Of a DNA stretch of 64,000 nucleotides, positions 22,982 to 33,833 are shown in pieces. A model generated the notes under the pieces. That model saw only the letters and a program-made list of their open reading frames with translations. It made no database searches and was not told where the DNA came from. Source of the stretch: Tubulanus polymorphus (Eukaryota > Animalia > Nemertea); NCBI RefSeq assembly GCF_964204645.1, contig NC_134026.1, forward strand, positions 20,990,150 through 21,054,149, read 5' to 3'. The position numbers were made by a program, and so were the translations under genes. Position 1 is the stretch's first letter; each line of letters opens with the position of its first letter.

Positions 22982-25900
22982 TTACCATCGTCGTTGATTT
23001 GCTTGAAATATAAAAAGACAGCAATATAAGAAAATTCGGTTACGTATTACGTTCGATGTTTTCACGTCTTCGTTCATTATTTTGATTCATTTTATGATTA
23101 ATGCATTATACGAATAATACACGTATCCTCTAAAAAGTGAGAGTGAACAGAAGTGACTGTCCGTAGAGCCTACCTCGATTACCACCATATCTGTTGCGGC
23201 GTCGCGAACCTGGCACAATTGAAATACATTTTTTCGTTTAGGTCATACCGAACATTGTTGCCAAATATTATCAACTTTACTAGACTTAAGATGAAACATC
23301 ATGATATGATTATTTTGACGTTTACAGTTTTTACCTTTCCATCCACCACCATCGCCACTACTCGGCCATCTCCCACCAAATCTTCCGCCGTCTCCACCAC
23401 TTCCAGAATTTCCACCATTTCCTGAATTACTACCACTTCCAGAATTTCCACCATTTCCTGAATTACTACCACTTCCAGAATTTCCGTTGTTACTATTAGA
23501 TTTGTCATCGCCCGAATTTCCAGAATTCCCTCCGTTTCCACTGCCTTTTCCCGGTTGGGCGGCTGAAATTATTCATTCAGTAACAGTATAAATGATATGA
23601 TTGCATAACCGAAACAAAAATGCGTGGACCTTGTCGCTTACCAGCGATTCTTTCAGCCTCACTGATGTACGATGTTGGGTCTTTGCCTACGCCATTTTTG
23701 TAATTACCATTGGCTTCAGAAAAAGGAAAATTCGGCTTAATGAAATTAAGATGACTGCAGCTTAATATTTCGCATTGTCTGCAGATTGAGAATCTTTATG
23801 GCTTTCACTTACAAGTAGAGCATAAATTACAGAAAACGGGACATCTTTGGAATATGGCGCTGGTTTGACAAGCGTAAGACTGACAACGCATCTGACTTTC
23901 ATCGTCCTTAGCGCCCTTCGAACAATCAACTGAAAACAATTTTACTCTAAATCTACAGTTTTACAACTTCCCGAGACCACGTATTTATTACCAAATTCAT
24001 GTGAATGATAATGATAATAATAATGATATAATTATAATAATTTATTTCCTTGATATAGCGCAATATCCACAGAGTAATCTCTGCGTTTTACATAAGATTA
24101 TAAAATATAATGAAGACCACTTTTTATATCACTTAAGTTCCCATGATATCACTCAGATCATGGACTCTAAAACGATTTTTAAAGTCCATGCTATGATTTA
24201 TTAAGGTTTCAACTATTTCACGAACTAGATCATGTTAATCGACTATTTCGATGAGTTCTTAACCTACGTTCACAGTTAGGCCCGACAACCCAGGGTATAG
24301 TTTTCTTCGTGTACGAATTAGAACAATCACATTTGCAAGTATTCGGACTCAGACGTCCACCGTTAAAACACACCGATGTACCGCAATCTGAAATATGGAT
24401 TTCCAAATGAATATCAATTGTCTTTTATTGGGCTCTATATAGATTGTTATTGTCCTTTATAATACTAAAACTGAATCATTTTCAAATCTCACCACAAAGT
24501 CCGCTACTTGCGTCGTAGTTACTTCCACAGTCAGACCCGCGGGTTGAAGATTTGAAATACGGTCGTTCCTTTTTGCCATATTTATCTCGGAAATTACCAC
24601 TATTCATTTGAAAACATATGACGTAAATCATGTTTTATTAACATTGGCTCTTACCAAGCGCCATACTATACTGTGTTAGACCTACGAGCAATTATCTGTT
24701 CAGATAATTGCTCGTAGGTTAGACGGATTATTGATATAGCTCACTTACGCTTCGCCGTAGTTACAGATGTAAAGATCGCCAGATTCGCACGTCGCCATCC
24801 CACATCCAATTCTATATGAATCCGCCCAAACAACCTTTAAATCGATTAATATGAATAATCAAACTTCAATTGAACAGTAGCACCGAGAAAGAATATTTCT
24901 ATAGATTTATATTATCTATTCACCTGTGTATAATGGCCAGTTTTCGATATGTCACCTCCTTGTTCGTAATCGAAAAATTCAACTTCATCGTACCACATCT
25001 TTATCGCCTTTGTCCAACTACCCGATCCACTGCTGAAACTCGCCATATTTTGACCGTAACCCGAACGACCTGACAAAGGCATCGAATTAAAAGCAATAGT
25101 CATAACACACCGGATATGCTTAGAGTTAAAGAGATAAAATATATGATATCAATCACAATTACGATCACTCGTATAAAGTTGACTGAAAAGGACCCATCGT
25201 ATTTTTGTTACGAATATCAAGCAACCGTATACGACCATTTTATCCATGGATATAGCAGAGTCTTTTCGGCTATTTATCTTTCTCAAAAAAGTATCAATCA
25301 GTATTATTATAGTAGAATCTTATGTGCTTTGTGTAATCGATCGTTCATTTTCAGGTTCGTTCATAGAGGAGCGATAAATGTACCTGGCACCATACGAGCC
25401 ATAGATTCGTCGTGTGCTCCGCCGGCTCCGCATTGGGAAGCCCAACCCATTGCTACTTTCGCGGCCTCTTCGTCCCAGATCTACGGATAGAAAATCACTC
25501 AGATGTTTACTTACATCTATTCATTTACCGTATCATTCGTTTTCCGAGATAACTAAAATCGTACCATTTTAAACATATACTTAGGCGGTGGATTGACTTT
25601 GCCGCGGTATCCGTTATGGACGTCCAAAATCTCTCTCTTTATCGCGTCCGTCATCACTTGAACATTCAACAGAAATCAATAAATATATGTTCGATTCCAT
25701 GTTGAAAATGGTTACAGCATTTGCCCAATGTTTATATAGGGTACTCTAACATTCCAAATTGAATAGTTTACCTTCTTTTTTCAGAGATATATCTCTTGAT
25801 TCTGGACACATGCTGTGCTTTTTATGCAGAGCCCTGTAGCGATTTTCGCATTCACCCTGCGTTTAAGATTCGTATTTAGAATATTTCAACCAACACATAT

Positions 25901-26233
25901 TCGAAAAAAATCTTTTTAACTTAATAAATAATTGATTCTAACTCATGGATTTGAATGTAAAACGATGTATTTCATTGGTCACCATCTAACAGTAAACGTA
26001 TGAAGTATAACTTACAACAACGAGGCTTGGAAAACACCCTAAAATGTAAACGTAACGATCGTACTAAAACACATGGTTACAAATGCCGCTTCATTCAACT
26101 ACTACTATTCAACAACATATTCTATGCGTTTACGAAATAAGAACAGATGTTATCTATTCAAATCGTGTAAGCGCTTTTAGCCTTTCTTACCGAATATGAG
26201 AGTAACAAGCTGCAGGAGTTCCAGTTTCCGCAT
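22982..26233 (-). CDS. Secreted CAP/SCP (CRISP-like) protein with EGF-like and ShKT-like domains and a Gly/Asn/Ser-rich tail
   Basis: Exons read MRKLELLQLVTLIF; ILDVHNGYRGKVNPP; WDEEAAKVAMGWASQC; GQNMA...AIKMWYDEV...GHYTQ|VVWADSYRIGCG...YICNYGEA; CFNGGRLSPNTCKCDC...GPNCE; C...RCQSYACQ...RCPVFCNLC; a Gly-rich exon; and end RYGGNRANQRRW*. Confidence 0.88.
23396..23485 (-). repeat. 36-bp coding tandem repeat (2.5 copies)
   Basis: Unit ACCACTTCCAGAATTTCCACCATTTCCTGAATTACT encodes SNSGNGGNSGSG on the minus strand. Confidence 0.9.
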
Positions 26234-27546
26234 CATTATCGTTATCTGCGAAGCGTTCGGCGCCGTCGGACAACATGGGATAAACCCGGCAACTGATCCC
26301 GTTTTTAAACTTAAAAACTCATCTATCTATGGCACTTGGTAATCGCGTGAAATCCACCCAAAATCCTGATTTTGTTTGTTTAGTTATTTAGTTGGGAATT
26401 ATTAGAATTTAGATAAAGAAAAGAATCATTTGATTTAGGTTTATATTGATGTTTGTCTCGTAATTCATTTTTATGCAAAATCCTTAAAAACCTTTCCGTC
26501 AGCTTGCTAGGAGGATTAGATTAAGCTCATTTTCATTATTACCTGGAAACTGTGCGTGTGTTCATTTTTAGATTTGTTAGAACTGCGCTCTAGTGATTTA
26601 TACCCATCGAGCAGGAAGTAAATAGATAAATGGAGAGCAATAAAGTAATGGATAGATAAAGTAAGATTACATGGAAAATTTAAATGGAAATGAAACTGGA
26701 CCCTGAACCCAGAAAAAGTCTACAGGTTATAGGTGTACAAGATTGCAGAAGTGAATATGGCTTATACTGCTTATTCCTGTATATATAACTAAATCATTAC
26801 CCAACACGTACCTCAAAAAAATTGCTTCGTGTGAATTATTACAAATATCTCGATGAAATGTGTATGTAACACCTTTTTTTCTGTAGTGAGTTGAATATAG
26901 TTATTCGGAAAAAAGGTGCTTTTGTAAAACTAATGGTTTTGTAGCATTAGTGTAGATAGCAAAGGGGTGTCTTTAATACAGGAGACATCCTCTGAAGTTT
27001 CACAAGAAAATAAAACGAAAAAGAAAGAAAGATTGGAAATATCTGCAAAAATATTAAAGATTTTAGTTATTTCATAAACATTCTGGATAACTTTATTGTA
27101 ATGTGATAATTCAATGTGTCTGATCAGGTCCACCAAAGATATTGTAACATATTTGGGAATTTAATTCACAGTCACATGAAATGAATCAGTAATATGTAAG
27201 ACATCATTATGATCCAGGATTTATCATTTGAAGAATGAACTTTAACGTTCGGATGAACATATGGATGCATTCATCTCCCTTTTCAAATGTACTTTGAATG
27301 TTGTGCGCGCTTGTTTCTCTTCGGTAAAAACAGCAAACATGCTTCATTTGAATTTGTTTTCAATAATCTCGATACTGCGCATGAACAACAAAGTCAACGA
27401 ATTGTTTTGATATCGAGAATCTTGTAATGGAACCTATTTTGTTTAAAATCGACATTATCTTACTCTCTTTCATGAGTTCATGCAGAAATGTTCTAATACT
27501 ACGGGATTTAGCACGTCCATGCAAAAATGTGTTTACCGCCGTAAAA

Positions 27547-28825
27547 TCAAATCAATCGGCTATATTCGATAATTGCGAGTACAACGCTTAAGGCGGTCAC
27601 TGTAAATGTAGTAGATGCAAACATTTTGAAGCTTCCAGAAATAGAGATATCCGTTTTCATAACAAGAATTCTTGTCGCAGAGCCGCTTCCGCGCTTTTTA
27701 GTTGGGTACACTGTAGCGATCGTACCCGTCGCCGGCATTTTTTCCATATCAGCGCAGTTTTCGACACCCCAGATCTTCGCACCGAGCAAAACGTGATGGG
27801 CCGGAAATAGCTTTGAATTCTGACCCGAGTCGAAGCTTATCGTGTCCATGACCACGCCTACGATATCTCGTTCGTCAACCAAAAATTGGGCGGCTTCGCC
27901 CGAAATACCGGGATAATGTAGTATCAGGTTGAGGTCCTTATCGACTACTTGTTCAGCCCCAGAATATTTGATTCGATCCGGGTAGAACTTAGCGAAACCA
28001 CTGTCAACGAACAGGATAGCTTTGTTCGGTATACGTCCGTTTACAGATTCCCAATTTAGAATATCCTGAATTGACAAAACGTAATCCCTATCTTTGCTAG
28101 CTTGATCGCGTATTGAGACCTTCACCGCCGGCCCGATAAGACGTTCTGGTGGAATATCATTGATTTTCCAGTTCCCTTTGCTGAAATGGCTCGGCGCGTC
28201 CATATGGGTTCCGATGTGCTCGGCCGTGGACAGAAAACCGACTTCAACCCTGGAAAAATGGAATGTGATAGAAATCAATAATACCATTAACTCTTAAACG
28301 GAAGAGTCCACGATAATACTTATTAGTCTAAGAAAGCTTTCTATGAAAAAAAAACTGATCTCACGAATAACAACGTAGTGCTTATATTTCTCTAATTTTT
28401 TCCATTCGGTTTTTCATTGTTTTCATGACATTACAGGATATGAGCATCGTTTGTGGAACACGAGCCCTGTGAAGTCGTTCGCTATATTTGTGTGTATTTC
28501 AACGAAAAGGCTTACCACGTAAGATTAACGCCGTTTACGGTTTTTGGACCCTTAAATTCTGTCAGGATATACGGTTTATTTCCGGGCCATCCGATAGCAC
28601 GTTCGTCCAAAACATGCGTCAGATCAATAACATCATCGGACGTAATCGGTCGCGCAGACGATAAGTACGCTATTTGGATAACGTGTAATAATATAAAAAA
28701 TGCCTGAAAGGGATTAAACTCGATTAAGGTTGAATTCAAATTCAAAAGTTCACAAACTAAATTAGAGTTTATCGGGATTTAGAGAAAGCGGCAGCAAGAG
28801 CGAAAGAAAATGTACTTACCTTCAT
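27547..28825 (-). CDS. Cyclase-family metal-dependent hydrolase (kynurenine formamidase/isatin hydrolase-like), secreted with C-terminal hydrophobic anchor (3 exons)
   Basis: EHIGTHMDAPSHF (HxGTHxDAPxH), VIDLTH, HYPGISGEAAQFL, MDTISFD, H..LLG...GVEN. ATGAAG|gtaagt micro first exon, signal peptide in exon 2, hydrophobic C-terminus. Confidence 0.92.
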
Positions 28826-29475
28826 GTTGTATGTAGATGTTATGTTATGAGCAGTTGCCGAGGGATAGACATGCGTATGGGGGAGATGCCTGTTTTTTTG
28901 GTTTATTATATACAGCCGATGCTGGTAGGATAACTACATTCATATGTGCCAAACAAAATGTTGCATTGTCTAAATCGACCGTTGGATAACCTCTTTTTTA
29001 TCCTAGGATCCATTAGCCGTAATCAACATCAATAATCATTATAATCATTTGACTACTCCAAAGCCGACTTCACACACGATGCGCTTTGAATCGCACTGAT
29101 TGATGATTGTTTTTGGGGCTGAATTGCCCATTTCAAAAAGAATAGCTATTCTGTAATACAGCCTTTTACATCAGAAGTACGAAGAGGAGATATTTTCAAA
29201 GAAAATATTTTTTTCATATCTAATTCTATTTTATAATGCAATTCGGGTGATTCACAGAACTTTGGTACAAAATTTATGACAAGCCATTCTCGGATATAAA
29301 ACGAACATTGAAAATATAAAACAATCCCCTTCGTAATTAAAAGCCACACGGGTCAGTGGATTAATTCAGCGAATAAGTGTCGAATTTGCCACGAGTGACG
29401 TGTCGTTAAATCCAACGACTGTATAATCCTATAATCCTGACTTATGAATGAGGACTTTATGAACGAAAGCAGGGG

Positions 29476-30081
29476 TCAACAAATCGAAGGAAATGTGACC
29501 GCTTCCAACGAACGCTGGCTGTAAGAATCCTCAACATCTTGTAACCATATTGAACACTTTTCAAACACGGACTTCCGAAGTTCTTCCACAGCTCCGTCGT
29601 CCTCGTGTTTATCGTGGTTGGCGGTCGTATCGTCGTTTTGATCGGTCCTGCGCGATACGGTCAAGTAAAGACCGTTTTTCGGTACTGCCGAACTACAACG
29701 GCCGTAATCGTGACGCAAGTTTGTACTGGACGCGCCTAGATTGTTCCGAGCCAACGGAGATTGTCTTCTGCCCATTACCGGAGATGAAGGTAGTGAGCGC
29801 GGAGTGGTAATGGCCGACGATAAGTAATTGTTCAAGTTCTTCCTCCTGGGTAAAGGTGATTTCGAACGCGATCTCAATTGCGCCGTATCCGATATGTCTA
29901 GTTGCTGACGCCTGCGCGATGCCGGTGAATTTCTCGGCGAACTACTCGAGACTAGTTTAGCATTCGAATTATTACTGAGAGAACAATTTGATCCGGACAG
30001 TTTCTCGATACTTATCTTTTCGGACACGTTCGAATTCGATCCAGTCGTTTTAATCCGACAAGAAATGCTTTCACGGTTCAT
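29476..30081 (-). CDS. Ser/Arg-rich, probably disordered protein with a C-terminal EKCxxWLxxV motif
   Basis: About 200-codon ORF, richer in GC than its flanks, with many SP/RS sites and an ELRKSVFEKCSIWLQDVE helix near the end. Confidence 0.65.
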   Translation of the reverse strand: MNRESISCRIKTTGSNSNVSEKISIEKLSGSNCSLSNNSNAKLVSSSSPRNSPASRRRQQLDISDTAQLRSRSKSPLPRRKNLNNYLSSAITTPRSLPSSPVMGRRQSPLARNNLGASSTNLRHDYGRCSSAVPKNGLYLTVSRRTDQNDDTTANHDKHEDDGAVEELRKSVFEKCSIWLQDVEDSYSQRSLEAVTFPSIC

Positions 30082-31180
30082 GATGTGCACGCAATCGTGA
30101 TTTTATCATTTCATACTCCAAATAACAAGTCCCAAACGATATCCGCGTTGAACGTCACAAGAGTTCGTTCGTAAACCGGTCTTCTTGTCTGACTGTCTTT
30201 CTACCTTGTGCTGTTGTCAATTACTTTCGCCGAAAATTACACTCAAGGGAATGACATGTATCGTTGCGTGCGCCCGTACAATAACAATCCGTTTTGTTTA
30301 CCCCTACCTTAACGCTTCCGCTATTTTCCCCGTGGTTTAATGCACTTTTCGTATCGACAGCAAAACAATCAATAGCCGCTAATTGTGGAAAATTCCACGA
30401 AGAATGTCGTAATCGATTTTCCAACCGAGATTCATAGAATCTAATACTATTGCGGATTTGTCTGAACATGGACATGTAAACTAGGATTACAGATGATTCA
30501 TTTGAACTGTCCTTCTAGTTTATACGTCCATGTCCGTGATAATCCACTTAAACAGATAAATTAGACTGTCAATTGATACTTGGGACTATGTACTTGAATA
30601 GTATCAAACATTCTAAAAGACCATGAATAGATATACATTGAATTGAAACATCTTATATCTTGAAAGAAATCTAAACGCTAAAGTTACAGTAACAGATTCA
30701 TTCTGACATCCTTTTCAACGAAACGATTTGAAAACCTCCAACATTCATTGAAATTCTTTTCTTTGAATGGAAATTCTACTTGTTTCGACATCCAGATCAA
30801 CATCCGCGGAAACAGAAATATATATGTCGATCTTATATTTCTTCAGTAATCGATCAACCTCGGAATAGTTCTTTGTAATTATAGGAAGCTTTCTTTGAAG
30901 TCTAGTACTTATTCAGACAAATTAGTTCCATCCATCTTTATGTATTCGGTATCATCATCTAGATTGAAAAAACAATTTCCTTCCTTCAATTTCCTTCCGT
31001 TTAAGCTCAACTAACTGAATTTATTTCCAAATAGGCTATCTATGCACAGCAACCAAAATGCACTACCTTGGCGTGGTTCGTTCTGATCACTGATATTTTT
31101 TGTCAACTCGTCGATGTTGTCATACGGCTCATCAAGTGTATCTGTAAGTAAGCCATCAACAGTGAGTCTAAGAGTCTTAA

Positions 31181-31993
31181 AGGCTGGCTTATGTCGACAA
31201 GCAACGCGACGCCTACCAACTCCTACCGACGCAACTGAGAGCAACCGCGATCGCAGCCTAGCTTATGTCGACTGCGCCCCGATTCGCAGCAACTGAGGCC
31301 GACTAGCAGGTTACGAGATCCTCCTAGTTGCTTCCATGCTTATGTAGGTTACGATTACTGGCAAATGCAACGGCTCAAATGGTCACGTGATAAGCACTTC
31401 GAGAATAAATTTGAATTATTTTGAATTATTGGGAAATATATTTCTATTAGAAAAGCTATTTCTTTAAGATCTTAGTCTTTCTGATTCTGTTTTGATTACA
31501 ATGTGCTAGCGACATCATATAAAGATGGTCGCTCACACCATAATTCTACTAAATTTCATTTCTAGATCTTCGGTCCGGTCATCTGCCATGCTGAAGGTTT
31601 GTTTTACGTTTTGAACTACTTGAATTTGAAAGTTTATGACTAATTACGAATGACGCTAACTAGCGGCCATAATTTGTACTATGTATATGCGGTCTCTTAT
31701 TGGCTGGAACCCCTGCGCTCAGTTCCGTCGCATCGCAGACGAGCTTATGTCGGTTGCGATCGAAAGCAACTGTACTACCGTAGGCCTACCGTAGGCCGGA
31801 GTAGAACATGGGCAACAAGCCGGATACGGCTTGCTACGAGTCGGTAGGCGTCGGGTTGCCGTCACAAGCCGGCTTATGTCGAACCGATAGAGCAGCAACT
31901 GGCGGCCTCTCGTAGGCCGCTAGTTGCCGCTAATCGGCGATACACCTAGTTGCATCGGTAGGCGTCGCGTTGCTTGTCGACATAAGCCAGCCT
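31181..31993. mobile_element. Non-autonomous TIR element (PIF/Harbinger-like MITE), complete copy
   Basis: AGGCTGGCTTATGTCGACAAGCAACGCGACGCCTACC ... GGTAGGCGTCGCGTTGCTTGTCGACATAAGCCAGCCT, with internal GCTTATGTCG subrepeats and a second copy at 49150. Confidence 0.88.
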
Positions 31994-32672
31994 GCGTTAT
32001 TCGAATTGATCATCGTTTCGTTCGATATTTCTAATTTCAAGGTATATGCAATCGCACACTATAGGCGAAAAAGCGTTGATCCTAGCGTGACTCCGAGGAA
32101 TCCATGATTCTAGCAACTCGGAGATCAATTTGAGTCACGGCAAAGAAATCGTCAAAGGTACAGCGCTAGTTCTGCCACCACTTTTTTGCGTGGTGTATAT
32201 GCTCAAAATTTTCTATATTCTATATCTTTGATTCCAAAACAAATGCTATGGTGCATTTGAAAAAAGGATCATTCCTTTTATTCTAGAAAACGTCGCTTAA
32301 AGCACTTACGCGCGTAAATAGTTGAACGATGATTATCCGATCGAAGCTTGTCATCGGCTGAATGTATTCTACGACGCCGGCTCCTTAAAATATGGAAAAA
32401 CCAAATTCACTGAATCAGTGTATTTTTTATTTACGTAGTTCATCTAAATTAATGCCAGATCAAAATAAATGAGATCTTATATACTGAAAATAGCGTAATG
32501 TAATTTTAAACGTTAATTCGTCGCTCATGGTGGGACCTTTTATTTCAAACTATATCACGTCACATGCATCCTCGCTTGCCAGGGTTAGCCCATAAAAATC
32601 TTGGGCAATGTAATTGACCAATGAAGGGTTTGCGGCAAGCTGTGTGTTGGCCTGAGCTTCGGCAGGCGGCAA

Positions 32673-33797
32673 TCACGCCCTGGCAAGCTCGGTACGTTCG
32701 TCACGCGCGTACCTTAAATGGCGGTATTTTCTTCGGTATATACAGCAGATCGTGCACGCATAGATATTTGAGATGATCAGTAAAACAATAACCGAGCCCA
32801 TTGTGATTATGCTATACACCAGTTTATCAAAGTATCTATCTTTCATCAGCGAAGCTGAAACAACACGAATTTGAACCATGTCGTAAGCCGCGATCGCACA
32901 GATCAGGCCCTAATTTAGCCCGCGCCTGATCAGAAATCGTTGAAAAGAAAAGAATCATTGCCTGTCACAAGACAGGTAGGTCAGAGTCTAAATCGCACCT
33001 GATAAAACCACAAGGAAATATCATAATTCATGTTTACGTACTTATCTATGTAAAATAAATTTTGCAATAATTATCATCCGTTAGTTTTTTCCTTGTAGAT
33101 AAAGTTTTATTATCAGCGATTTTTTGGGCGAGTTCATTTTCTGTTCCAGCAGGAGATAGAATTAAATTCTGTGGTGTACTGGGGGACGTATGTGTTAGAT
33201 AGGAGGAATATTGCGCATGCTTATGTCTTCACAAGGAACAAGTTTCCTATAAGACTATGCACGCATCCAAAATCGCACCATACACCGTTCTCCAAAATAA
33301 ATAGAAATGATTTTTGGCAACTTTCAGCAGTTGGATAAAAAAGAGCAAAATAATTAGGGGATCTTCTTCCTACCAATTTATTTTCCGCGTAACATTATTA
33401 GGGCCGGGGAGATTTTAGGTACCGGTGAAAATTATAAGCCTATTCAGATCTATGTTATTTTTAGTGGTCCGGTCCCGTGCCTTTGCATTGAGGATTTCAA
33501 AATACCGAAAACAGATTGCGAAGACTCATCTCCTCGGGATTTTCCGACTGAGCATTCTAACATGATTTATGTATTTAGGAAATAACGGTTCTAGATAATA
33601 GTAATAGGGGTTTAGTTGGTTCAAGCCAAAGGTCGAAAGGTCGAGCTCGTAAAAAATGAAAAACATGAAAATAATAACAATTTCTACTTGAATTAGTCGC
33701 GAAACTCATAAAAAATGAAAAATAATTCTCACACGCTCGAATTTATTTTTCATTTTTACTCGCTAGAAAAAGTGTAAGTAAAGTGTGAGTGAAATAA

Positions 33798-33833
<36 letters not shown>

